64,000 bases of DNA. Origin: Candidatus Latescibacterota bacterium. GTDB taxonomy: Bacteria > Latescibacterota > UBA2968. Each line of letters opens with the position of its first letter. Position 1 is the stretch's first letter. The notes below the pieces were generated by a model. The model did no database searches, was not told the origin of the DNA, and saw only the letters and a program-made list of their open reading frames with translations. Where the stretch lies: NCBI GenBank assembly GCA_965204375.1, contig OZ241986.1, forward strand, positions 5,184,001 through 5,248,000. Reading direction: 5' to 3'. The translations under genes were made by a program, and so were the position numbers. This document shows, piece after piece, positions 30,170-40,630 of this stretch.

Positions 30170-33100
30170 GTTTCAATACCCCAGTAGTCGGGTAATCCTT
30201 CCTGATTATCATCGACTCATACATCGCAGAGACCGCACCTTCAGGGTTTCAATACCCCAGTAGTCGGGTAATCCTTCCTGATAAACCAAAGCAGGATAAA
30301 AATGACGCCTGAAGATTTTAGTTTCAATACCCCAGTAGTCGGGTAATCCTTCCTGATGTGAGAAATTCCCTGTCAGAATTATTGATAGTTGTAAACCTAA
30401 TCGTTTCAATACCCCAGTAGTCGGGTAATCCTTCCTGATGACGACGGTTCAATGGAAGTCGATTCACCTTGCATGTTTTACAGTTTCAATACCCCAGTAG
30501 TCGGGTAATCCTTCCTGATGAATGGTCATATCAGTCATCGTAATACTTCCAATTTAGAAGTGTTTCAATACCCCAGTAGTCGGGTAATCCTTCCTGATTC
30601 AATTCACCAGAGACTTTAGGCTTATTTTACAAGATTCGTTCGTTTCAATACCCCAGTAGTCGGGTAATCCTTCCTGATCGTTGCAGAATTTGAGTTGGAA
30701 GTAGTGAAGGACATGTATGTTTCAATACCCCAGTAGTCGGGTAATCCTTCCTGATAGTTTTAGACCACGATTGGAAAGACCATCGCGTAAGACCAGTTTC
30801 AATACCCCAGTAGTCGGGTAATCCTTCCTGATCGGCACGAATTTGAGTGTCGTTGATTTGGGAAAGGAATTGTTTCAATACCCCAGTAGTCGGGTAATCC
30901 TTCCTGATCTTATGCTGCGATTAGGGCAATTCACGCTGGCCTTGATGATATGTTTCAATACCCCAGTAGTCGGGTAATCCTTCCTGATCAGATGCAAAAG
31001 CTCGCAGCAGCATACGCATTTGATCCGTTTCAATACCCCAGTAGTCGGGTAATCCTTCCTGATCACCAATTACAAAGGAGGTGTAAAATGGCAGTGATGA
31101 GGTTGGGTTTCAATACCCCAGTAGTCGGGTAATCCTTCCTGATCTGCCGAAACCATTGTTGGCTTGGGTTGCACGACGTTGCTGACGTTTCAATACCCCA
31201 GTAGTCGGGTAATCCTTCCTGATGAGGTTGCTATTCGTGTTGGGCAGCGGGTCAATGAGGAAATGTTTCAATACCCCAGTAGTCGGGTAATCCTTCCTGA
31301 TTGATCATTCAGGACTTACGATCAATACCACAGGATTTTTGTTTCAATACCCCAGTAGTCGGGTAATCCTTCCTGATGCAGGACGCAAAAGAAATTGAGT
31401 ACGCGTATCCCATATAGTTTCAATACCCCAGTAGTCGGGTAATCCTTCCTGATTGGCATGTGGTCTCCTTGTGCGGGAAATTTTGAGCAATCTGGTTTCA
31501 ATACCCCAGTAGTCGGGTAATCCTTCCTGATTTTGCAGTTCCGCATCTGCATTTTCCAACTCACATCAAGTTTCAATACCCCAGTAGTCGGGTAATCCTT
31601 CCTGATCAATTACCAATGAAAAGTAAATCAAAAGTAACATATGATAAGTTTCAATACCCCAGTAGTCGGGTAATCCTTCCTGATAATTGAAACTGTCATC
31701 CCGGCCGTGAAGAAGCGTAAGTAGTTTCAATACCCCAGTAGTCGGGTAATCCTTCCTGATTTGACCTTCCCGCCGAAGTGATTGACCTGTTTCGCGTTAT
31801 TGAAACGTTTCAATACCCCAGTAGTCGGGTAATCCTTCCTGATGACTCTCAGATGGCAACTATAGATCGGCTGTATGCTGGTTTCAATACCCCAGTAGTC
31901 GGGTAATCCTTCCTGATCTCAATCCGAATCGGACAGCTACTCGCACGCGCGAAAAAGATGTTTCAATACCCCAGTAGTCGGGTAATCCTTCCTGATATAC
32001 CTCCAGAACAACCGTGAGAATATCCTGCCGAAGTCCGCGTTTCAATACCCCAGTAGTCGGGTAATCCTTCCTGATATGGGAAGGTATTCACCTGATGATA
32101 TTGCGCGGGCAAGTTTCAATACCCCAGTAGTCGGGTAATCCTTCCTGATAAAATGAGCACAGCGTGCTGCTGACCATTCCGTTCACGTTTCAATACCCCA
32201 GTAGTCGGGTAATCCTTCCTGATATTGGCGTGAGGGCCGATGATCGCTGGGCGCCAAGCAGGTTTCAATACCCCAGTAGTCGGGTAATCCTTCCTGATAT
32301 TGCCGGTGGTGTAGCAGCTGGTGTTGGGGGTCTCGGGTTTCAATACCCCAGTAGTCGGGTAATCCTTCCTGATGAGGACAACTCGCCGGTTAATTGGGAC
32401 AAGGCAGATTGTTTCAATACCCCAGTAGTCGGGTAATCCTTCCTGATGGGGAAGGGGCAGACCAAGAACTTAACTGGTGGGAAGTTTCAATACCCCAGTA
32501 AGCGGGTAATCCCTCCTGATTTCGATGTTTTCCACACGTCGCTATGAGCATCATATCACCACGTTTCAATACCCCAGTAAGCGGGTAATCCTTCCTGATT
32601 ATTTTGATATGCAGATGTCACACGTCTATCTGTCTGAAGTTTCAATACCCCAGTAAGCGGGTAATCCCTCCTGATCAGGCATGCGCGCTGGCAAGGCATT
32701 GCTGGACGTGAAAGGTTTCAATACCCCAGTAAGCGGGTAATCCCTCCTGATTTATGGGTGCATTAGCGCAGAGTTTGATTGGGTAGATGATGTTTCAATA
32801 CCCCAGTAAGCGGGTAATCCCTCCTGATATGTAAAATCTTTCGGCGTAAGCGTTCGCGTAGAGGAGTTTCAATACCCCAGTAAGCGGGTAATCCCTCCTG
32901 ATTAGGAACGGAATCAAATTCAGCATAGGGCGCAGAACAATGACGTTTCAATACCCCAGTAAGCGGGTAATCCTTCCTGATAAGACAGCAAAACAAAGTA
33001 CGCTTGGGCCTTCTGCTATTAGTTTCAATACCCCAGTAAGCGGGTAATCCTTCCTGATCCGAACGGCTAAATTTAGCTTTCTATTTCTTCGTTTCGGTTT

Positions 33101-35961
33101 CAATACCCCAGTAAGCGGGTAATCCTTCCTGATGAGATATTAAGGCGTGCCGGACACGCTTGGCTTCCCATTTGTTTCAATACCCCAGTAAGCGGGTAAT
33201 CCTTCCTGATTTCTGGGCGTCAAACGACCTAACTTACTCATCCGACTATGTTTCAATACCCCAGTAAGCGGGTAATCCTTCCTGATCCGCATTATATACG
33301 GACAATCAAGAGACTGTTCTCAAGTTTCAATACCCCAGTAAGCGGGTAATCCTTCCTGATGAAATCCCAACTTGGTAACGCTTGCGCGTCTCGAAAATCT
33401 GTTTCAATACCCCAGTAAGCGGGTAATCCTTCCTGATTACGTGACGCCAACTTCGGAATACACCCCAGCGAATGGAGGTTTCAATACCCCAGTAAGCGGG
33501 TAATCCTTCCTGATGATCGTATCAAGCAGGCACTCGAAGATGGGTGGCATCAGAGTTTCAATACCCCAGTAAGCGGGTAATCCTTCCTGATGGTCGAGGT
33601 AAAGATAGAGGCGTTTGACCACAAGACAAAGTTTCAATACCCCAGTAAGCGGGTAATCCTTCCTGATTATTTCGCACAAATGCAAGTGGAAGTAGTTGTG
33701 TCACAAGTTTCAATACCCCAGTAAGCGGGTAATCCTTCCTGATTGAAGCTGAAATTTCGGCGACTGCTAACATCTTTGACATGTTTCAATACCCCAGTAA
33801 GCGGGTAATCCTTCCTGATAATTTGATCAGGCACTTGCACAGTTGCGACTCATCGAAAGGTTTCAATACCCCAGTAAGCGGGTAATCCTTCCTGATGGGA
33901 CAATCTCAAATTGCCGGACGGTGAGCAGATGAAAATGTTTCAATACCCCAGTAAGCGGGTAATCCTTCCTGATCTGCTCCCCGAACCGATGGAACAGAGC
34001 GACGAAATCACCGAGTTTCAATACCCCAGTAAGCGGGTAATCCTTCCTGATAAAGAGGGGCAAAAAACGGTTGACCTCTTACGCTCTTACGTTTCAATAC
34101 CCCAGTAAGCGGGTAATCCTTCCTGATGCGACTAACATCTTTGACATCTCCGACATTGCTTGGGAAGTTTCAATACCCCAGTAAGCGGGTAATCCTTCCT
34201 GATCGGAACTGAAGATGATGACGAGTGCGCGGTCCTGGGATAAAGTTTCAATACCCCAGTAAGCGGGTAATCCTTCCTGATAAATAGACGCGAAAGTAAC
34301 CAAAGTTTTTGACGGCAAAATGTTTCAATACCCCAGTAAGCGGGTAATCCTTCCTGATAGGGCAAGGTGGAGTCATCGTAAATATGCTTCAAGTTTCAAT
34401 ACCCCAGTAAGCGGGTAATCCTTCCTGATTTAACCATCCCCTTTTAAAAGCATGTGTAAGTGGATCAAGTTTCAATACCCCAGTAAGCGGGTAATCCTTC
34501 CTGATGAGCGATGAGAAGAAAGCTCGACTGCAAAACGTGATTGAGTTTCAATACCCCAGTAAGCGGGTAATCCTTCCTGATGAAGTGAGGGTGTATATAG
34601 GCGGTGCTTGGATGGGTTTCAATACCCCAGTAAGCGGGTAATCCTTCCTGATTCCTTATAGAGGATGGCTACGATAATCAGATGGGTTACAAGTTTCAAT
34701 ACCCCAGTAAGCGGGTAATCCTTCCTGATGAGGAGCGCATTAGCGATTTGGAGGTTGCGCTTAATGAGTATATTAAAGTTTCAATACCCCAGTAAGCGGG
34801 TAATCCTTCCTGATGAACATGGCTATTGAGTTTGGACCTGACGTTGAGTTGGTGTTTCAATACCCCAGTAAGCGGGTAATCCTTCCTGATGATTGGGCGC
34901 GTGCAGTGGTTGCGTGTGCTGATGAAGATAGTTTCAATACCCCAGTAAGCGGGTAATCCTTCCTGATTTCTCCGTTTGTGGTGGTTCTGTGACTGTCTTT
35001 TTCCAAGTTTCAATACCCCAGTAAGCGGGTAATCCTTCCTGATTATGTGTGCAAAACTTTGTCGAGTCTGGTCTTGAACGAGTTTCAATACCCCAGTAAG
35101 CGGGTAATCCTTCCTGATTTGCACACTTCAGTCTGGAAAAACTTTCAACGTGAACAGTTTCAATACCCCAGTAAGCGGGTAATCCTTCCTGATGACGATA
35201 TGGTGGAACAAGTACTGGCGGCGGCGCACAGCATGTTTCAATACCCCAGTAAGCGGGTAATCCTTCCTGATTGGATGAGTGGAAGCAGAGTTGCTTGGCT
35301 TGCGAAGAGTTTCAATACCCCAGTAAGCGGGTAATCCTTCCTGATTTGGCGGAGTGTGTTACGGCCACAACAAACCGTAGTGTATAGGTTTCAATACCCC
35401 AGTAAGCGGGTAATCCTTCCTGATGAGCAGGCTGAGTGGATGAGTGGTTTGGGTGGTGAACGTGGAGTTTCAATACCCCAGTAAGCGGGTAATCCTTCCT
35501 GATGTGAGCGCGGCGGGATTGAGTTGGACAGAACGCGGCGCAATGGTTTCAATACCCCAGTAAGCGGGTAATCCTTCCTGATTATCAGGAGTAGTTGGTA
35601 TAGCGATTGAATCCCTATTGGTTTCAATACCCCAGTAAGCGGGTAATCCTTCCTGATGGACGGGTATTTTGTGGCGACACTCCACCGGACTACTACAGTT
35701 TCAATACCCCAGTAAGCGGGTAATCCTTCCTGATAACGCGGTTGAATGGTCTCGCACGTCTCGCGGAGGCCAGTTTCAATACCCCAGTAAGCGGGTAATC
35801 CTTCCTGATTCACTGACGGTATCGCGAGGGACAAATCAGTTGGTAGATTTGTTTCAATACCCCAGTAAGCGGGTAATCCTTCCTGATATCATTGACCCGT
35901 TTGGGGAAGAGGAAGTTTTTATTTGTTTCAATACCCCAGTAAGCGGGTAATCCTTCCTGAT
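30170..35961 (-). CRISPR. CRISPR array, 76 repeats of 37 nt (ATCAGGAAGGATTACCCG[CT/AC]TACTGGGGTATTGAAAC) and 75 spacers of about 34-48 nt
   Basis: Repeats counted by hand. The 3' ATTGAAAC end defines minus-strand orientation, with the leader on the right. Confidence 0.98.
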
Positions 35962-36260
35962 ACCATCTGCGTTATTTCCTCTCTCGCAGACGGTTACAAG
36001 GCGGTTTGCGACTCAGGCCATTTTGACATACAAAATCCTCCAAAAAATGAAAATCTGCGTTCAAGTTTATGCTCATAATACACACTCCTGCAAAAGGTTA
36101 GAAATTTGCGACCCACCAGAACATGAGGAAATGCCTCTAATCCCTACGCGCGTTATTCACTACACGCTCAAACTGCCAAAGTGACATTGACAGACACATC
36201 TGGGTCGCATCCAATGGCTTTAAATAGTCTGCAATCTGTCAAATAATATGTTCACTCTGA
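35962..36260 (-). promoter_or_regulatory. CRISPR leader
   Basis: Non-coding region adjacent to the 5'-most repeat, with repeated TGCGA/TCGCA motifs (tgcgaccc...gggtcgca inverted pair). Confidence 0.75.
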
Positions 36261-36265
36261 TCCGA

Positions 36266-37390
36266 TTATACCTCCTCTATCCAGTCGTTGAGATCGGCCA
36301 CAATGCCGGGTAATACATCCTGATCATCTGTTGTTGTATGCACCTTAAATTTCACGCAATAGGTTCCGTTGGAGTATATGCCCTGGACTTCCCCACCCGA
36401 TGGTCGAAACCGAGTTGATTCAGGCAGGTCCGGGTTCCAATACGTTGAGTGGCAAAAGCGGACATAAGGCACCTCATCTATGAGCTTTTGCAGGAACCGC
36501 AAAATGGGAGTACGCGCTTGTCCATATCCATGGTGACCCAAATTGGGAATCTGCTTCTCATTTTCTGTTGCTGGCCGCGGAAGACTTTGGGCTTTTATCT
36601 GCTGAAAACGGGTTCGGAAGGTCTCGTGAAAAATCTGGCCCGTCGCGGAGAGTTCCAGATAGTTCTCGCCATCGATTTCCTCGCGGTTGACCAGTGGCTC
36701 AAAGCGTTCATCCCAATCTTCGCGATACTGTTCCCACGGAACAATATCGCCTTTGCCAAGTACCATAAACATGCCGCTGGCTCGCTGCCAGATCGAAAAA
36801 TCGAGTGCCACTGGCATAGGTGGAAACGGAATAATGGCATCAAAGCGTTCATGCTTGTAATACACGGGAATGTCGAGTGCCTGGCCCATCAAAACGGCAA
36901 TGGCGATCTGGGCTTTATAGCCACCTGTCGCGTTAATTGCGCAAAAGGCTGCTCCAGTTTCACGCACTCGTTCACCAAAAATTTTTGCCAGATTGCGTAA
37001 GCCATGCGTGCGAAAAGCTCGAGGGTCATCATCGCGCAAACCTTCTACGCAATGGGTTGTTACTTGCCAACCATCCGATTGGAAGTAGAATTGTAAAATT
37101 TCCGCAATCGCCTGTCCATCATCCGTATCAGAATGGAGCAGATGGAGGTGGACTTGTTCAATAAACTCCTCTTTGAGAAGGTCCGTTACTGAGTTGATTT
37201 CTGCGCCGCAGAGCCTATCCATTGGCTTTAGTTCGTGCAACAATTCCGCTACTTTCTGCCAGTCTTTTAGGACATACGCCTGGGCCAAAGCAGCGAGGAT
37301 GGGGTCGGGGTCCGCATCCTTGAGCCTGGACAGATTGGGATAGAACAAACTCGTCCCAATGGTGCAGAGGAGTGTATGAGGTTTTGGCAT
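36266..37390 (-). CDS. CARF protein, APE2256/SSO1393 family, with C-terminal putative effector domain
   Basis: LLCTIGTSL, AEINS, LLHSDT.DG, INATGGYKAQ, VYYKHERF. About 100-aa C-terminal domain beginning GHH. Confidence 0.82.
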   Translation of the reverse strand: MPKPHTLLCTIGTSLFYPNLSRLKDADPDPILAALAQAYVLKDWQKVAELLHELKPMDRLCGAEINSVTDLLKEEFIEQVHLHLLHSDTDDGQAIAEILQFYFQSDGWQVTTHCVEGLRDDDPRAFRTHGLRNLAKIFGERVRETGAAFCAINATGGYKAQIAIAVLMGQALDIPVYYKHERFDAIIPFPPMPVALDFSIWQRASGMFMVLGKGDIVPWEQYREDWDERFEPLVNREEIDGENYLELSATGQIFHETFRTRFQQIKAQSLPRPATENEKQIPNLGHHGYGQARTPILRFLQKLIDEVPYVRFCHSTYWNPDLPESTRFRPSGGEVQGIYSNGTYCVKFKVHTTTDDQDVLPGIVADLNDWIEEV

Positions 37391-37478
37391 AAGGTACTCT
37401 CTAATCAAGGTATGACACGGGTCACTCTGCCCGTGTTGTCCACGCGTTGCACTTTCACCTTAACCGGATTCCAGTGAG

Positions 37479-39050
37479 TTATATTGGAATGACAGGCACA
37501 CGGAACACCTCAAACTTCGATTTATCGTAGGCGTCCAGAAATAGGCGTTTGGCTTTGTTCTGCCTGGTCATCCCCTGTAATACAGTAAGCGTTATCTCTG
37601 CTTCAATCTCTTTTTCCAGATCGATATCCGTGATTAGGGTATGATAAACCGCATCGATATTTGCCCGTTGTGCTGCAAAAAGTGTCAATACAGCCATCCC
37701 TTTGCGCCCACCAGATAAGGATAGATAGATACTTTTATCTGGGGCATCTCCCTGTGCATTCTCAATGACAGAGATCAGTTTTTTGAGATAGATCTCACAA
37801 TCGTCATCAGACGTGACATCTTTAATATCCGTAATGGAAATAGGTTCAAAGTCTATCCGTTTTCGCCTAAACGCCTCCTTCAGCAGGTTCACTCCGTTGC
37901 GAATCTCGGCATTGTTGGGATAAACGACGATGACTTTTTTGAGGTTGGCCTTTTCTCGTTCAGAAAGTAAAGAGAAGGTTTGCGTCACAACCATGGGCGA
38001 TTTTCCAAGTGGAGCAATTAGGATGCTATTGTTTTCGAGTTCATTCACCTGTACACATTTGGGGTGGTTTTTTGACCAAAGTTCCCTTTTTCCATTAGCA
38101 ATGTCTTGATAAGTGGTATTCTTCAACGCGATTTCACAGACTACAACTTCGCCATTGGTTCGATAATAGAATGGGCGTTCAGCGGTCTTTCCCATTTTGA
38201 ATGGCGTGCAATCTGTTTTTGCATTGGCCAATGATTTACCGCGACTTTCTAGCCGTTGCGGATACCGCATAGCTCTAAAACAGTTCCTCAATCGTTTTTG
38301 GGTATCACCACCACGTATTTTTTTTAGCTGCTGATGGGCTGCTTCGGAAAGATAAACATCGAGAAGTTGGATTTTCTCTTTTTGATTGGTTTCTTCTTGC
38401 TGAAAAATCTCGCGATAAAACGCATCTAGCTCACCCTCAATTTCAATGGGGGTCGGTGCATTCGGGTCAGATTGTGTCTCACTGAAGTATTTTCGAAGGA
38501 CAGTGCTATTTGATAAGCGTGGATAGGGAATCTCTACAAGGATCAGGTCATCGTCAGGCGGACTCAATTTTGCCTTTTGTTTCGCTTCCTCAAATTCAAA
38601 TAATTCCTCAATAGAATGGAAATTTCGCTTATTGGGATTATCTTCATGTTTATCCAGAATATGGTACAATCCACAAACGCATTCGAAGAACTGACACGTC
38701 ACGGCCATTAGTGAGGACATGTTCTTGCGTCCACCAGCAAGGGAAAGATAGACTTGATCTTCCTCATATTCGTGGGATTCGATTAAACCCGACAAAATCT
38801 GAAGAAATTTCATTGATGTTTCGCGGCTATTTGTGTCGGAAAACGGTAGGATACATTGATTGACATCGCATTGCTCTTCAAGATGTTCTTTGACCATTTC
38901 ATAGCCCAAGTCAATTAGTTTTTCGCTTTGCGGATGGATGACGTGTAGTAGATCAACCGGTATCCCCTTCTTCGTTTGCAATGCTTTCACCATTGAGGTG
39001 ACGACAATCGGAGATTCACCAAGCGTTGCAATCAGAACATTCTTCGCCAT
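37479..39050 (-). CDS. Double-CARF protein (NE0113/Csx14-like) with central RelE-like domain
   Basis: Two CARF copies (LIATLGESP..SLAGGRK; LIAPLGKSP..SLSGGRK) flank VYLSEAAHQQLKKI...ERPFYY...VVVCEI. Confidence 0.78.
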   Translation of the reverse strand: MAKNVLIATLGESPIVVTSMVKALQTKKGIPVDLLHVIHPQSEKLIDLGYEMVKEHLEEQCDVNQCILPFSDTNSRETSMKFLQILSGLIESHEYEEDQVYLSLAGGRKNMSSLMAVTCQFFECVCGLYHILDKHEDNPNKRNFHSIEELFEFEEAKQKAKLSPPDDDLILVEIPYPRLSNSTVLRKYFSETQSDPNAPTPIEIEGELDAFYREIFQQEETNQKEKIQLLDVYLSEAAHQQLKKIRGGDTQKRLRNCFRAMRYPQRLESRGKSLANAKTDCTPFKMGKTAERPFYYRTNGEVVVCEIALKNTTYQDIANGKRELWSKNHPKCVQVNELENNSILIAPLGKSPMVVTQTFSLLSEREKANLKKVIVVYPNNAEIRNGVNLLKEAFRRKRIDFEPISITDIKDVTSDDDCEIYLKKLISVIENAQGDAPDKSIYLSLSGGRKGMAVLTLFAAQRANIDAVYHTLITDIDLEKEIEAEITLTVLQGMTRQNKAKRLFLDAYDKSKFEVFRVPVIPI

Positions 39051-39108
39051 AGTTAAAACTTCCTTTGGAATTTACGATGTGCGGCTAATCAATGTTTTAG
39101 GATTTTTG

Positions 39109-40077
39109 TCAAACTCTGCTTGACCTGGGATAATGATATTCCGTGTTATCATTTGGATCCCATCGCCAGATGCGACGGAGCGCGTTAAGTGTTTTTGAGG
39201 CTGTGTTATTTCTAAACGATTGAGTCTGCTGTAATAGATAGGCTTCTAAACGCCTTCCTTCCACATGCTCTACCTCCTGATTGACTGTGTAACGACTGGC
39301 GTAGTCAATCAGCGTGAGTTTTGTGATTTCAAAGTGGACGCTACCCAGTCCCGCAGGTTTAGCGTAACCGAGTTTATGGCGCATATCCGGTTCGAGAACA
39401 AGTGCGTAGAGGAGCGTCTGCAATTCGACAGCTTCAAGATTTATAAACTGTGCTGAGAATGCGAATTGACTCTCCTTATTAATCGGCTTGATGTGTTGAT
39501 TAACTCGACTTTTTTGGTTTGTAGTCTGTATTCCAAGCGGTTGATGAAAGTAGAACTTTCGTCCTGCAATATGTCGCCTTTTGGGATCAAAGTAGAGTGC
39601 CCCCTGACCTGGTTTGGGGGCCATGAGCGCGATGGTATAAACTGCCCCATGCTCGTGTATCTTGACTTCAACGGCATCATTGAATGAGACCTTACCGAGT
39701 ATTGATCCTTGAATTGTTCCGAACATTCGACAACCGATGCACAACTTATCGGTGTTACATTTGTGGAAATCGCTTGGCAATTTATTGTTATATTTCTTAT
39801 CAAACAGCAGAAAACAGCCGTTGCCAATCGTTTCCACTAAGTTGCGGAAAAGCCCTTTGAGCGAACTTCCGGGGATAATGTGCTGCTTCTGTTCGTTCTG
39901 GATAAAAGGCTCTGCGCCCTGGTTCTTTTTCGGTGAGTGAAAAATGAAAACGGGTGTCTCTGCTGTAATTGTTCCTTCAATTTTTCCGGATACGCCACTG
40001 AATCTATCATGTGGCAAAGGGCGATCACGTTCAGGGGTGCTGTTCCAGTCAATCGGTACAAAATCATAAGGATTCAT
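39109..40077 (-). CDS. cas7: Type III-D RAMP, Cas7 group (terminal subunit)
   Basis: NPYDFV, IPGSSLKG, GRKFYFH, KLGYAKPAGLGS. Confidence 0.88.
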   Translation of the reverse strand: MNPYDFVPIDWNSTPERDRPLPHDRFSGVSGKIEGTITAETPVFIFHSPKKNQGAEPFIQNEQKQHIIPGSSLKGLFRNLVETIGNGCFLLFDKKYNNKLPSDFHKCNTDKLCIGCRMFGTIQGSILGKVSFNDAVEVKIHEHGAVYTIALMAPKPGQGALYFDPKRRHIAGRKFYFHQPLGIQTTNQKSRVNQHIKPINKESQFAFSAQFINLEAVELQTLLYALVLEPDMRHKLGYAKPAGLGSVHFEITKLTLIDYASRYTVNQEVEHVEGRRLEAYLLQQTQSFRNNTASKTLNALRRIWRWDPNDNTEYHYPRSSRV

Positions 40078-40628
40078 GAGACTTCCTCCAGATGTCGAAA
40101 GCGGTAAAATTCCAGCGCACCGGTTTCTAAATTCAGATAATGTCGCGCAGATAATTTTATGCGGGATTTGTTATTTTCACTTGAGACAGGATAATGCAGC
40201 AACCGCGGGATTTGTAATTCGAGAAATAAGTTTGTTGTCTCTGGCTGACCAATCAATTCAAGGGTATCTTCTGTCATCTTTTCACCCCAAAGATAGTAGC
40301 TATCATCCTGATGTTCAAAATCGGACAATGCCCTGGTAGCAAGCATTGGCAACTCTTTCGGTTCACCGATGTAAATGACCGTAAAAGTGCTGTCCTGCTT
40401 TTCCCATCGCAACTCAAAATCGTCGTGAAAGATGCGTCCCTGTTCCCATGCCTCAAAGTTTTCACTTGCGTCGTATTGCCGCAGACAGATTCCTTTTTCT
40501 CGCTCATCGTCAGACAAGAAAGTGCTCGGTACACGTTCAAGCATCATCAGTGACTTTGGGGGGCAGTCCAACGCTTGGACGATCGGAAGCAGATTTTCAG
40601 TTGTTCCCCAACAGATATTTTCTATCAT
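40074..40628 (-). CDS. csx19: Csx19-like type III-D subunit
   Basis: GRIF...ELRW, YYLWGE and C-terminal FYRF. Canonical position before the last cas7. Confidence 0.7.
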   Translation of the reverse strand: MIENICWGTTENLLPIVQALDCPPKSLMMLERVPSTFLSDDEREKGICLRQYDASENFEAWEQGRIFHDDFELRWEKQDSTFTVIYIGEPKELPMLATRALSDFEHQDDSYYLWGEKMTEDTLELIGQPETTNLFLELQIPRLLHYPVSSENNKSRIKLSARHYLNLETGALEFYRFRHLEEVS

Positions 40629-40630
40629 TT

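Noticed and set aside
29791-30195. 134-aa plus-strand ORF
   Set aside because: It is antisense to the small membrane ORF, runs through the promoter and repeats, and has no RBS or recognisable motif.
30033-35950. Many short ORFs with IRKDYP/QEGLP repeats
   Set aside because: They are translations of CRISPR repeats and spacers.
30170-35961. Self-targeting spacers against genes in this window
   Set aside because: None noticed by eye. An exhaustive alignment was not possible.
35972-36076. 34-codon ORF with GGAG RBS in the CRISPR leader
   Set aside because: Differences from the second leader copy are mostly non-synonymous, so there is no evidence of coding constraint.
36160-36180. TGGCA in the leader (and TGGCACA near 49635) as further sigma54 promoters
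   Set aside because: GG-N10-GC spacing is not met.
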